Part shown: positions 14,610 to 25,007 of the stretch, piece by piece
How positions within the stretch are numbered: position 1 is the stretch's first letter
How the letters are laid out: every line of letters begins with the position of its first letter
IMG/VR virus record: IMGVR_UViG_3300002307_000046
DNA: 64,000 bases
Direction: 5' to 3' (one strand)
Source: a virus
Program-made: the position numbers and the translations under genes
The notes under the pieces: model-generated
Told to the model about the DNA's origin: nothing
The model's database searches: none
The model's input: only the letters and a program-made list of their open reading frames with translations

Positions 14610-14628
14610 TAACAAGGAGTAAACCAGG

Positions 14629-15333
14629 ATGGCTTACACCGCGTTACAATTAATTAATCGTGCCTACTATCTCTCGCAGATAGTGGCACGAGATTTACAA
14701 GTAGTAAGTGGCTCTCAAGTAGAGGACGGCCTATATTTACTCAATGCTTTGCTTGATGTAAAGGGGTCAGACTTACGCCTAATTCCATATTTTCAATATT
14801 ACCCATTAACTGCCGTAGCAAATCAAGAAAAGTATTTTGTTCCTAATTTGCTCTATGTTGACTCAATGACATTTAACATTGGTCCAGTACGATATTCAAT
14901 GCGTGAATTAACACGTAAAGAATATTTTGCATCAGCACGGGTTGATAATATTGCTAACCTTCCTTTTAGCTATCGTGTTGAGCGATGCTTAAATGGCGCA
15001 GACATTTATCTTTACTTCCTACCAGGTGGAAACTATCCCGTTAATATTTGGGGCAAGTTTGGACTTACTGATGTTACGTTGGGAACCGATTTATCTACTA
15101 TTTACGATACTTTTTACATTGAGTATCTACGCTATGCCCTTGCTGAGTATCTCACATGTGAATGGGGCGTAACCTTCCCTGATGAGGCTAAAGCTAAGTT
15201 TGCTGAGATTAGGAAAAAGCTTATGGATATTAGTCCTGCTGACTTAAGTATTCAGAAGACTTCATTTTTCTCCGGGCGCCCTGGACTTGATTGGGCCACG
15301 GTAAATTTATCGCAAGGATGGTGGCCGTTTTAA
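14629..15333 (+). CDS. Head-tail adaptor (P22 gp4-like)
   Basis: TALQLINRAY...QVEDGLYLLNALLD...YALA pattern; synteny. Confidence 0.75.
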   Translation: MAYTALQLINRAYYLSQIVARDLQVVSGSQVEDGLYLLNALLDVKGSDLRLIPYFQYYPLTAVANQEKYFVPNLLYVDSMTFNIGPVRYSMRELTRKEYFASARVDNIANLPFSYRVERCLNGADIYLYFLPGGNYPVNIWGKFGLTDVTLGTDLSTIYDTFYIEYLRYALAEYLTCEWGVTFPDEAKAKFAEIRKKLMDISPADLSIQKTSFFSGRPGLDWATVNLSQGWWPF

Positions 15334-15357
15334 TGAATATAATGATATGGTGGCCAA

Positions 15358-16977
15358 ATGCCCGCACCTAATGCACAAATGCAAGTCGAAGAAGTACCAC
15401 TTAAACTCGTTGGTGGCACGCACTTCGGACGTTACCCAAAGATTTCCCTTGAACAGACTTGGAATTTCATTGTCAGTGATAATTGGTTGGTTCCATATGC
15501 TGGTTATAAGAACGTATTAACATTGTCACCAAATGTACCAGGTAGAGGTATATTTAGTTCGTATGTTGGCAATCTAATGGTCTGTGTTATTGGTACATTT
15601 GCATATAAAATAACCAATGGCCCAAACAATACATTGCAATACAGGCTGATTGGTAATTTATATACCAACTCAGGTGATGTATACATTGCGGAAAACAATA
15701 ATAAGCAAATATGTATAACTGATAACCTTTATTTGTATGTGTACAACTGGGGTGACAATTCGTTTAAGACATCAAATCCTGCTTCTGCCCCTGATAACTT
15801 TAGTTTTCCATTTCAAAATCCTGGGTACATATCTTTCCAAAACGGAAGAATTATTATTGCATCTGGTGGTACAACGAACTGGGTATTATCAGGCGCTAAT
15901 GACGCATTGTCTTGGTCGGCTACGGGTCCTTTTGTAGGTGCTATACAATCTAAACCCGACTTTGTTCAGGCTGCTGTTCCTGTTCCTGCTGCTGGTAATA
16001 ATTTACTGGTGTTTGGTCGCAATGTGACTGAACTATGGGTTGATGTTGGTAATCCTAATTTTCCTTATCAAAAGAACACATCACAAAATATTGATTATGG
16101 TTGCATCAATCCTGCGACGATTGCTCATTTAAGAAACCATGTTGTATGGATTGGTGTAAATGAACAGTCTGGTCCGGTGGTGATGTATACGTCTGGAACA
16201 GAGATAGAGCAGATATCTACTGATGGTATTGACTATCAGTTAGGTAATCTATCTAATCCTTTTAATTGCACTGGGTTTTTATATCAACAAGATGGTCACC
16301 TTTTATATCAGTTTACTTTTCCTGATGACAATATCTCTTACGCTTACGATTTTGAGACCAAGTTATTTTTCAATGTCTCAGATGAGAATCTTAATTATCA
16401 CATTGCTCGTGAAATTGTATATTTTAATAACACTTATTATTTTGTATCGCTAAATGGCGGTAACATTTATGAGTTTGATACATTATTTTCTGCCGCAGAA
16501 TATTCTGAGGACAACATCAAGTTAATACCCAGAATTAGAATTACTGAGCCGGCAAGGCTTCCCAACCAGCGTTATTTTGTTGTGAGAAGTTTGTCATTTA
16601 CTATGGAGCAGGGTCAGCCAAATGAGATCACTGTTGTAAATCAAATGCAAGGTCAAAATGTTTTAGGGGCTGACTCAGATACAACGACATTAATTATAAC
16701 TTGTGAAAATGGTGATCAGATAGGGTTAGATGGGCAAAGTGAAGTAATTACGTCAACTTCTTACTTTCCTTCAGAGGCGATATATTTATCAATATCCAGA
16801 GATGGTGGAGAAAACTTTGGTAATCAGTTAGAGATACCGATGAATCCTACAGGTGTACGCAAGAGCAGGGTTATTTTCCAGAGACTTGGGATGGCTAATG
16901 ATACGACTTATAAGCTGATTTTTACTGGTTATAGTAGATTTTTGATTCAAGATGGCATTTTGGAGTTGGCACAATGA
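15358..16977 (+). CDS. Tail hub / packaged-DNA stabilisation protein (P22 gp10-like)
   Basis: 539 aa, beta-propeller-like; C-terminal LSISRDGGENFG...QRLG motif. Confidence 0.85.
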   Translation: MPAPNAQMQVEEVPLKLVGGTHFGRYPKISLEQTWNFIVSDNWLVPYAGYKNVLTLSPNVPGRGIFSSYVGNLMVCVIGTFAYKITNGPNNTLQYRLIGNLYTNSGDVYIAENNNKQICITDNLYLYVYNWGDNSFKTSNPASAPDNFSFPFQNPGYISFQNGRIIIASGGTTNWVLSGANDALSWSATGPFVGAIQSKPDFVQAAVPVPAAGNNLLVFGRNVTELWVDVGNPNFPYQKNTSQNIDYGCINPATIAHLRNHVVWIGVNEQSGPVVMYTSGTEIEQISTDGIDYQLGNLSNPFNCTGFLYQQDGHLLYQFTFPDDNISYAYDFETKLFFNVSDENLNYHIAREIVYFNNTYYFVSLNGGNIYEFDTLFSAAEYSEDNIKLIPRIRITEPARLPNQRYFVVRSLSFTMEQGQPNEITVVNQMQGQNVLGADSDTTTLIITCENGDQIGLDGQSEVITSTSYFPSEAIYLSISRDGGENFGNQLEIPMNPTGVRKSRVIFQRLGMANDTTYKLIFTGYSRFLIQDGILELAQ

Positions 16978-17354
16978 GTGATATCCCGGCATATAATCCA
17001 AATATTCGGATTCCCAATCTTCCTGTTGGGAGAATTGTTGATGAGAATGGGTATCCCACGGTTGAAGAGCAGACATTTCGTCAGACATTATTGACATTAT
17101 TGCAGAATAATTTAGGTGATATGGGTACGGTAGTTACTAGTTTAAGCCAAGATAATATCAACCGAATTGTAAACAATACACAATCCATGGATGTTCCTGG
17201 TAATTCACCTATTTTGACTTATACGTGTCCATTTGGTACGTTATTTTACAACATTGATGCGCCATCTATGAGTAATCCGGGTGGTTATGGTCTGCAAGTT
17301 ACGGTTAACAATGGCAGTAACATTCCCGTACTGAAAACTGTTACAATTACATAA
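16974..17354 (+). CDS. Virion protein at the tail-needle/plug position
   Basis: Synteny only. Confidence 0.45.
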   Translation: MSDIPAYNPNIRIPNLPVGRIVDENGYPTVEEQTFRQTLLTLLQNNLGDMGTVVTSLSQDNINRIVNNTQSMDVPGNSPILTYTCPFGTLFYNIDAPSMSNPGGYGLQVTVNNGSNIPVLKTVTIT

Positions 17355-17376
17355 TCACGAAATAAAAGGAATTATT

Positions 17377-18096
17377 ATGGGCGAGCAAGGTGGTTTCGAT
17401 CCTGCAACTTTAAATTGGTTGCGAAGCATGGGATTGTTTGGGGGATTAGGAGGTGCTGCTGGAGGATTGGCTAGTTTATTTGGTGGCGGGAAGAATCCTG
17501 CTGATGCTGCAAATGGACAGCTCGATCAAATACCTGGCCAGGTTAGTCCATACTACAAGCCATATCAACAAGGCGGTCTTGATGCGTATAACAAGCTTCA
17601 AGGTGAGTACGGTAATTTATTGGGTAATACCGGTGATGTATATAACCGATTAGCCGGTGGTTACCAAGAGTCTCCTGGATATCAATTTAAGCTCAAACAA
17701 GGTCTCCAATCTGGTACGAACGCAGCGGCAGCTGGTGGCGTTCTTGGTACGCCTTATCATCAAGAAGAAGCCCAGCAATATGGTCAAGGACTGGCTAATC
17801 AAGACTTTGAGCAATACCTCAATCATCAACTTGGGTTATATGGTCAGGGACTTGAAGGACTCGGGCATCAAAGTGATCAAGGTTTCCAAGCAAACACTGA
17901 TTACGGTAATTTATTAGCGCAATTAGGCAATGCCAAGGCTGGCTATGGATATGCTGGTCAAGCTGGAAAAAATGCAGGCAGAAGCAGTGGACTTGGTAGT
18001 TTGTTTAGTGGATTGGGAATGGTTGGTGGTTCGTTGTTTGGTGGTCCGGTGGGCGGAGCTGCTGGTGGCTACGTAGGGCATTTATTCGGAGGTTAA
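17377..18096 (+). CDS. DNA ejection protein (gp7-like)
   Basis: Gly/Gln-rich; YQESPGYQFKLKQG motif; hydrophobic Gly-rich ends. Confidence 0.75.
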   Translation: MGEQGGFDPATLNWLRSMGLFGGLGGAAGGLASLFGGGKNPADAANGQLDQIPGQVSPYYKPYQQGGLDAYNKLQGEYGNLLGNTGDVYNRLAGGYQESPGYQFKLKQGLQSGTNAAAAGGVLGTPYHQEEAQQYGQGLANQDFEQYLNHQLGLYGQGLEGLGHQSDQGFQANTDYGNLLAQLGNAKAGYGYAGQAGKNAGRSSGLGSLFSGLGMVGGSLFGGPVGGAAGGYVGHLFGG

Positions 18097-18099
18097 ATC

Positions 18100-19176
18100 A
18101 TGGCTATTGGCGTGAATATACAAGGTCCTGCATTTAAGCTATCTCCTGAAGAAGCTACAGGGCAACCTAACTATTATGATGCGATTATGAAGGGTATTGG
18201 TGGCGCGCAAAGTATGCGCGAATCTGCTGCTAATTTGATTGGTAAACATTTAGCAAATAAACATGCTCAATTGGAATTGGCTAATGCTCCGTTGAATAGG
18301 CAATTATTGCAGGCCAAAATAAGTAGCGCGTTGGCATCTGGGCAATTATCTAAAACTAAAGCAGATTTATATTCTCAAGTATTGAATCAACCTTCATCAA
18401 ATGGTGGTCAATATCAAAATGAAGAGGGTTTTCAATATCAACCTGGTGAGGGCGGAGCACCTTATTTAGGCATGAATCAACAAAATCAAGTCAATCAATC
18501 GAGTCCCATGGATTATAAGCAAGCTCTAACAAGACATTTGTTGGGGCTTCCTGCAGAGTTGCCAAATGAAAAAATGCAACGTGAAATTGGAACGTCTAAT
18601 ATTAAAGAGCAAAACAAAGTTGATATTAAACGAGCACAAGAATTGCGTGAATCAGGGAAAGAGTTGTCATTGGCTGGTGTTGATATCAATGGAATTCATG
18701 ATATTTTAACTGGTCCAGATAGCTTAGGTACTGGTATTACTAAGTCATTGATCGGAAAAGCCGGATTTGGCAGTGAAAAATTAGGTGAATTTAATGAGCG
18801 AGCACTAAGGCTTCAAGCGCAAATGGCCCGAGCTTTAAGTGATCGCGGTGGTCAAGGTGCAGCAAATATAGTTGCGAGTGGTAAGCCTAGTAGCTGGAAG
18901 AGTACAAGTGAAAACCTTGGTATTACGAATGCGTATGCAGAAAGAATCAAAAATGAATTTGATTTATTAAACCAAGAATATAGAAATATTACAGGAAAAG
19001 ATTTGCCTTATTCTCTTCCACAGTATGTTCATAATATTGGTCGCAAGATCGATAAAAATATGTTTAAGCCAAAAACAAATCTTACGACAAAAGAAGAATT
19101 TCATGCTTATATGGAATCATTGACGCCCGAACAAAGAAGATTGGCAACAGAATATTATAGGAGCAAAAGAAAATGA
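18100..19176 (+). CDS. DNA ejection protein (gp20-like)
   Basis: Synteny, helical composition. Confidence 0.6.
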   Translation: MAIGVNIQGPAFKLSPEEATGQPNYYDAIMKGIGGAQSMRESAANLIGKHLANKHAQLELANAPLNRQLLQAKISSALASGQLSKTKADLYSQVLNQPSSNGGQYQNEEGFQYQPGEGGAPYLGMNQQNQVNQSSPMDYKQALTRHLLGLPAELPNEKMQREIGTSNIKEQNKVDIKRAQELRESGKELSLAGVDINGIHDILTGPDSLGTGITKSLIGKAGFGSEKLGEFNERALRLQAQMARALSDRGGQGAANIVASGKPSSWKSTSENLGITNAYAERIKNEFDLLNQEYRNITGKDLPYSLPQYVHNIGRKIDKNMFKPKTNLTTKEEFHAYMESLTPEQRRLATEYYRSKRK

Positions 19177-20024
19177 GTTATATCCCATCTGACGAAGATT
19201 TAAGTCAATACGAATATGATGAGCCTTCTTTTGGTCGAAAAGCGATAGATTATGAAAAAGGGTATGGCGCACAACTTCTTCAGTCAGGTGAAAATGCAGC
19301 AAGATTTATAGGTAATTTGCCATCCAAGGCTTATGAAGCTATTACAGATAAATCTTTATATAATATTCCAGAATATGATTTCACAAAATTCATTCCCCAA
19401 TCAGAAGCAGGACAAACTGGAAAACATGTTGGTGAGAATGTAGCCGATATTGCTTCATTATTAATTCCTGGAAAATTAGGATTAAAGGGACTTAGAGCAG
19501 CCTTAAGATATCATCCTTTAACAAAAGGACAACTTGGTCGGCAAATACAAGGGCCTTTAGATATTCTTGAGCAAGGAGGATCTCGATCTCCTCTCGGATA
19601 TCGCCAATTACAGGAAATAAATGATTTATTATCACACCCTGCTTTAGAATCAGGTGGAAGAGCAGGTCGAGCATTAACTTCTCAAGGCAGAAATGCAATT
19701 CTGGATGTAGCTGCCGAAGGCAGACCTTCTGGTTTACATTCGGCTCAATCTCTTCTTGGTGATTTAGAGCGCGTGCTTCCACAGGGTGGTGAAGCATTAC
19801 TTTCAACTACACGCGTTAGACCACTTAAAGAACAATTGCTAGAAGCAATAAAAAAAGGAGCTGGTGAGGTAGGTTTAGAAAAAGAAGCAGATAAATATTT
19901 AAAAGCTAGAGAAGCTGCTAGAAGATATTACCGTACGAGAAAAGCAATTAAAAAAATATCTAAACCATTAGGTATTGCTGCTTTATTAAAAACAGGGATT
20001 ACGGGAATAAAGAATTTACCTTAA
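19173..20024 (+). CDS. DNA ejection protein (gp16-like, short)
   Basis: Synteny. Confidence 0.55.
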   Translation: MSYIPSDEDLSQYEYDEPSFGRKAIDYEKGYGAQLLQSGENAARFIGNLPSKAYEAITDKSLYNIPEYDFTKFIPQSEAGQTGKHVGENVADIASLLIPGKLGLKGLRAALRYHPLTKGQLGRQIQGPLDILEQGGSRSPLGYRQLQEINDLLSHPALESGGRAGRALTSQGRNAILDVAAEGRPSGLHSAQSLLGDLERVLPQGGEALLSTTRVRPLKEQLLEAIKKGAGEVGLEKEADKYLKAREAARRYYRTRKAIKKISKPLGIAALLKTGITGIKNLP

Positions 20025-20098
20025 TCTTCAAAAGCAATATTCCATAAAACCACGCTTATGATTAGCCAGAACAAAAACCACATATTCATCCCCATCAT
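20021..20098 (-). CDS. 25-aa membrane peptide (MMGMNMWFLFWLIISVVLWNIAFED)
   Basis: Hand translation; own promoter just upstream; stop overlaps the ejection gene stop. Confidence 0.55.
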   Translation of the reverse strand: MMGMNMWFLFWLIISVVLWNIAFED

Positions 20099-20111
20099 TT
20101 AATATGCTCAA

Positions 20112-20140
20112 ATAATATCATAGTGATGATTTATTGTAAA
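20112..20140 (-). promoter_or_regulatory. Promoter for the 25-aa membrane peptide
   Basis: TTTACA-N17-TATTAT with TGn. Confidence 0.55.
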
Positions 20141-20218
20141 TGTGCAATTAAATATTAAATAAGTCATTCCTTTTCTACGAAATTTATCGTAAGGTCATTC
20201 TTTGGTTAATGTTTAAGG

Positions 20219-20956
20219 ATGAACTTTGTGAACGAGATAGTATTGGTGAGAGGTAATGAAATATTTACTACTTCATTAGCGATTAGTGAAGGTGTAAAAA
20301 TAGAACATGATAACGTCGTTAAGTTGATCAAACGATATTCTTATATTGATATTCTTTCTGTGTTTGAAACACGGGATCATAAGACGAAAGGAAGGCCACT
20401 AAGTGTTATTTATTTAACTGAATTGCAGGCTACTTTTCTTATCACATTAATGAAGAATTCAGAGAAAGTGATCGAATTTAAATCCTCATTAACTAAAGCA
20501 TTCTTTAAGCAACGAAAAATACTTCAACAAATTTTAACTCAACAACATAATGCAGATTGGTTATTGCATAGAAATGACACAAAAATAATGCGAAGGGAAT
20601 GCACAGATAAAATTCAAGAGTTTATTCAATATGCTATATCTCAAGGAAGTAAATCCGCCGAAAAGTATTACATGAGTCTAAGCAGAATGGAATTAACGGG
20701 GTTATTTTTACTTGAACAAAAGTATCCTAATGCTCGTGACGTCATGAATTTTAAACAATTGAATTTAATTGAAATGGCTGATGAGGCAATTGCAATCTCA
20801 TTAGAAGAATCAATGAAGATAGGATTGCCTTACAAAGAGTGCTATCAAAAAGCCAAAGAAAAGATAGAATTACTTGCTAAAATTTTTCCAAAATCACCTT
20901 TACCCACTCTTTTAGAAGAAACAAAGTCAAAGCATGTTGAAAAGCTAGCCGAATAG
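20219..20956 (+). CDS. rha: Rha-family phage regulatory/antirepressor-like protein
   Basis: TTSLAISEGVKIEHDNVVKLI...YLTELQATFLITLMKNSEKVIEFKSSLTKAF. Confidence 0.85.
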   Translation: MNFVNEIVLVRGNEIFTTSLAISEGVKIEHDNVVKLIKRYSYIDILSVFETRDHKTKGRPLSVIYLTELQATFLITLMKNSEKVIEFKSSLTKAFFKQRKILQQILTQQHNADWLLHRNDTKIMRRECTDKIQEFIQYAISQGSKSAEKYYMSLSRMELTGLFLLEQKYPNARDVMNFKQLNLIEMADEAIAISLEESMKIGLPYKECYQKAKEKIELLAKIFPKSPLPTLLEETKSKHVEKLAE

Positions 20957-21001
20957 CGTAAAATAGATTTATTCAATATTGATAGCTACGGACAGTAATC
21001 A

Positions 21002-23224
21002 ATGCCATTGCCTTCGAACTACTTAATCGCTAGCCCACCGCTCGAATATACATTTTTAACAAATGTTTCTGGCGAACCTTTGTCTGGTGGTAAGGTATAT
21101 TTCTATAGTGACCCACAATTTTCAGTACCTAAGCCCGTATATCAGCAAACAAATAATATTCAAAATGGTGAGCTACAGTACACACCATTGCGTAATCCAC
21201 TTATATTAAGCAGCATTGGTACATTTGTAGACGATTCGGGTAATAACCTTACAGTTTTCTACTGGCCTTATGAAGGAACTCCTGATAGTTCTGGCAATCC
21301 TCCGGACCCAGAAAATCTTGTTGAGCAGTTATATTTCATACAAGTAAGCGATTCAAATGATGCGTTGCAGTTTTCATTGGAATACTGGCCACCAAATGTT
21401 GTTTCTCAGGGTGAAATAGCCACAAACTTAGTTACCTTAAACAATATCCTAACTAATCAACAATTCTCTGAAGTTAATTTTCCATCTGTTGTAGCTACTG
21501 CATATAGTGTTACAGGTACGATGACATTAGATGTTGCGCCAGGATGGTATATTGACAGCACTGGAACAGGGACAATTACCGTTCAACAAATTCCTTTGTC
21601 TGTTTCTTTTGAGACAGAGGCGCCTTATGCGTTGCAGATTCAATTAACTGTTGGTTTAACTGCGACTTTGAATCAAAAGATTAATCAAAGTCCAAGAATG
21701 TTTGCCGATAAAGTATTGTATGGATACTTTCAGGCTGCTTGCACAAGCGGTCAAGAAGTTCAGCTGACGTTGAATTATATTCCGTCTAATGGTGCGATTG
21801 CAGCCACACAAATTTGTCAAGATACAACGACTAATGATGGTCAATTTAAGGCAATTAAAGGTCCATCTCAAACAGCAATACCTTATAATCCTGATGCTGC
21901 TCCTGGTGGCTATGTCATCATTTCACTGGAGCTGGCGGGCAATACAACAATCCAAGTTACCAGTTTTCAGGTTGTTGGTATAGAAAATGAAACGATTATT
22001 CCCCAATACATTGAGACGTCAATACCTCAGCAGCAATCAGAATTGTTTTGGTACTGGCAGCCAAAGTTAAATTATAAGCCCATACCAAGCTATTTAGTTG
22101 GATGGGACTTTCCTTTAAATCCAGCTCAATTTGGTGGTGGTACATCAACACCTGTTGCTGTAGGTGCTTTAACTGGCAACAATGCATCGGCTTATATTTG
22201 GGACCAAACAATATTGTTTCAAAATGTTAGTAATGCCATCAGTTATTTTAGAAGTGCCACAACGAATGGTCTATCAATAAGCACTACGGGTGATACATCA
22301 TTTGCATTGGTACAATATCTAGATGCTGCACAAGCTCGTGAAATATTATCGCAACGAAATGCGATTGCAATTAAAGGCGCGGTAAGCACAGGAACATTGA
22401 CAGGTACTGTCAGTTTATATTGGACCACGGCAGCATTTCCTACAATTACGGCAACAAATAACTATTCTCTTGTACAAACTATTGATGGCACAACGAGTGT
22501 TCCAACGGTTCCTACAACGGCTGGTAATTGGGGTGCATGGACAAAGGTTCCGAATAAGATTTTAAAAGATTATGGTCAAATCACATTAACCACAACGAAT
22601 GCTGAATATGATTTCATTGAATTTGACGCGACAGCAAGTGCTGCTCCTACGACAGCAACTGGATTTGCAATTGTTGTATCTTTTGGTTCTCTTACATCTG
22701 CACAAATTGCAACTTTTGATTATATCTCCCTGGTTGGTGGGGACATTGCCACACGGCCTGCTCCCCAAACTCCAGATGAAGTATTGAGAGAGTGTCAATA
22801 CTATTGGGAGAAAAGTTACAATCCAAGTGTTTTAGCTGGAACTGCTTCAAGTACTGGAGGAGCGCTTTTTTATACTCAAGCAGCCTATGGATATGTTAGC
22901 AGCGGAAATCAAAGTAGATTCTGTTATTCCTCATTTGTGGTTCCATATAATACCTGCAAGCGCTCGTCTATACCCGTAAACACTATATACTCACCAAATA
23001 CTGGAACAGTTGCTATGGTCCATGCATTTGCTACTGATGGCGTTCAAACGCCTACAAATGGGGATATCGGGGTAGGAGCATGGACGCAAATTCAGGGTAA
23101 TAAAGCTATTGGTTTTCAAGTTACAGGTGCATCAACATTTGGTTCAGGGACAGGCGCTTCAAACCAAGCTACCGCATATGTCTCATTGCAATTTACTGCC
23201 GATGCCAGAATCGGAATAGTTTAA
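21002..23224 (+). CDS. Tailspike/tail fibre with a P22-type head-binding N-terminus
   Basis: GEPLSGGKVYFY...NPLILSSIG N-terminus; C-terminal RP..PDEVLRECQYYWEKSY fibre motif. Confidence 0.8.
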   Translation: MPLPSNYLIASPPLEYTFLTNVSGEPLSGGKVYFYSDPQFSVPKPVYQQTNNIQNGELQYTPLRNPLILSSIGTFVDDSGNNLTVFYWPYEGTPDSSGNPPDPENLVEQLYFIQVSDSNDALQFSLEYWPPNVVSQGEIATNLVTLNNILTNQQFSEVNFPSVVATAYSVTGTMTLDVAPGWYIDSTGTGTITVQQIPLSVSFETEAPYALQIQLTVGLTATLNQKINQSPRMFADKVLYGYFQAACTSGQEVQLTLNYIPSNGAIAATQICQDTTTNDGQFKAIKGPSQTAIPYNPDAAPGGYVIISLELAGNTTIQVTSFQVVGIENETIIPQYIETSIPQQQSELFWYWQPKLNYKPIPSYLVGWDFPLNPAQFGGGTSTPVAVGALTGNNASAYIWDQTILFQNVSNAISYFRSATTNGLSISTTGDTSFALVQYLDAAQAREILSQRNAIAIKGAVSTGTLTGTVSLYWTTAAFPTITATNNYSLVQTIDGTTSVPTVPTTAGNWGAWTKVPNKILKDYGQITLTTTNAEYDFIEFDATASAAPTTATGFAIVVSFGSLTSAQIATFDYISLVGGDIATRPAPQTPDEVLRECQYYWEKSYNPSVLAGTASSTGGALFYTQAAYGYVSSGNQSRFCYSSFVVPYNTCKRSSIPVNTIYSPNTGTVAMVHAFATDGVQTPTNGDIGVGAWTQIQGNKAIGFQVTGASTFGSGTGASNQATAYVSLQFTADARIGIV

Positions 23225-23235
23225 AAGGAGTTAAA

Positions 23236-23595
23236 ATGTCAACGAAATTCTTGATGATTAGAGACCTTTCAGGAACAAATGGTTTTGGAATTTCTCCTAC
23301 ATATGATGTTAAGGCATCTTCATTGGCTGTCAATACGGCTCAATCAATAACGGTTCCAAGCAATTATAAAAACTGGATTGCAATATTTAGTTATTCTCCT
23401 GGTGCTAATGTGTGGGTTAGATTTGATGGTGGTACGGCGGCTGTTGCGTCTGGTTCATTTGCGAGTGTTAGCTCTGTATTGAATCCAGCTGGACGAGCTG
23501 TTAGTGCAGGTCAAGTAATTAGTTTTATTACGGCTGACGCAACAAATCCATACGTTTGCGTTGAATTCCAAATTGTTCAACCTTATACGAATTAA
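23236..23595 (+). CDS. Small beta-rich virion protein
   Basis: 119 aa; SD AAGGAG; in the structural cluster. Confidence 0.6.
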   Translation: MSTKFLMIRDLSGTNGFGISPTYDVKASSLAVNTAQSITVPSNYKNWIAIFSYSPGANVWVRFDGGTAAVASGSFASVSSVLNPAGRAVSAGQVISFITADATNPYVCVEFQIVQPYTN

Positions 23596-23598
23596 ATT

Positions 23599-23781
23599 AT
23601 GGCTATATTTAATGTTCCATTAGGTATAAATTTAACGGATAATGATCCAATTAATGTTTCGCCATTTGGATTTGGACCAGCAAATGAGACAAGTTTTATT
23701 CCCCCAACATCTTTTTTTATTATTACTGAAGACGGGAAATTTATACTAACGGAAGATAACAAATTCATGATCACGGAGTGA
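23599..23781 (+). CDS. 60-aa virion accessory protein with ITEDG repeats
   Basis: IITEDGKFILTEDNKFMITE. Confidence 0.6.
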   Translation: MAIFNVPLGINLTDNDPINVSPFGFGPANETSFIPPTSFFIITEDGKFILTEDNKFMITE

Positions 23782-23786
23782 TTTAA

Positions 23787-24995
23787 ATGGCAGATGAAAA
23801 GTTTAGTCAGTTTGTTACTCAAGGCAGTATTAGTACTGGAAATACTTTAGTTGGACTGAGTAGTGGCATAAACGTTCAATTTAATCCTTTTGCTTTTGCA
23901 GACGATTTAACAATTTCTACTTTAACTGTGGGCCAGGGAAATTTCAAAGATTCATTTGGCACTAATGGTGCGTTTGGCTCCAGTGCATTAGGTTCAAATG
24001 TTTCTGGTTCAAATAATTCTGCTTTTGGATATGCATCTCTGTCAGCTGTATCAGCGGGTGGAGCGAATAGTGCATTTGGGTCCGGTTCAGGTCAATCAAA
24101 TGATGGCATAAACAATGTTTATGTTGGGTTCAATAGCGGAGCTTTATTGGGAGTTACCGCGAATGGTGATAACAATGTATTCTTAGGGTCTTATTCTGGA
24201 AATGGCGGAGGAAATGTATCCGGATATGATATGCAAGCAGGATCTCACAATACTTTTGTAGGAGTCTTTGCGACTGGAAATAGCACTACTATCAACGGCT
24301 CTATTGCGATTGGATATTTTTCTGTTTCGGATGCCGCGACTGGAAGTACCTCTGGAACTTTCGGTCCAGGCATAGCATTTGGAGCATCTGGATTTCCAGT
24401 AGGTTTCAGAGGAGATGGAACAGCCATTCCTGCTGGTAGCCAACATTACTGGCGTATGAAGGTTAATGACACGTATTATCAAATTCCATTAATCACAGAT
24501 GAAGCAGCTTTATTATGGCCTGCGAGCGGGACATTGGCAACAACGGCACAATTGCCTTCTTCAGGTTCTCCTTTAGCCGCTACTAGTGGCGGAACAGGTG
24601 TCAGTAATTCATTTAACTTAACAATTAATGCCGCATCCACAATTAACCAAAACGTTTCGACGAATGCTACTCCCACTTTCACAACCATTAAAACTACGCC
24701 AGTTGCATCTGCAGCATCAACATTAGTATTAGGAACCGCTTATCAAAACACATTAGGTTACGATGTTATATTAATTGCATATCTTGATATTGCATCAGCA
24801 ACAGCAGCGGCAATCCTAAGTGGTGTTGGACCAACAAGCACACCTACACAGCAAACGGTTATTGCTTCAATTACTACGGCTACAGATGTATTTATTCCAG
24901 TTACTGTATATTTACCTAACAATTACTATGTTAATATAAGTACAACTGGTACAATTTCAGCATCGGTTTCAGGACAACAGGTTACGCCAGTTTAA
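23787..24995 (+). CDS. Fibre/adhesin-like protein with YadA-head-like repeats
   Basis: Repeated N(S/N)(A/V)FG..AL/SG units. Confidence 0.7.
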   Translation: MADEKFSQFVTQGSISTGNTLVGLSSGINVQFNPFAFADDLTISTLTVGQGNFKDSFGTNGAFGSSALGSNVSGSNNSAFGYASLSAVSAGGANSAFGSGSGQSNDGINNVYVGFNSGALLGVTANGDNNVFLGSYSGNGGGNVSGYDMQAGSHNTFVGVFATGNSTTINGSIAIGYFSVSDAATGSTSGTFGPGIAFGASGFPVGFRGDGTAIPAGSQHYWRMKVNDTYYQIPLITDEAALLWPASGTLATTAQLPSSGSPLAATSGGTGVSNSFNLTINAASTINQNVSTNATPTFTTIKTTPVASAASTLVLGTAYQNTLGYDVILIAYLDIASATAAAILSGVGPTSTPTQQTVIASITTATDVFIPVTVYLPNNYYVNISTTGTISASVSGQQVTPV

Positions 24996-25007
24996 AGGGA
25001 TTTTTGA

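Larger units (their letters stand above)
1..24649. repeat. First copy of the segment duplicated at 39352-64000 (period 39,351 bp = one phage genome length)
   Basis: Position 1 (tgcatttttctgaaatac) recurs at 39352, the window end matches 24649, and every ORF recurs with a +39351 offset and identical translation. Confidence 0.98.
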
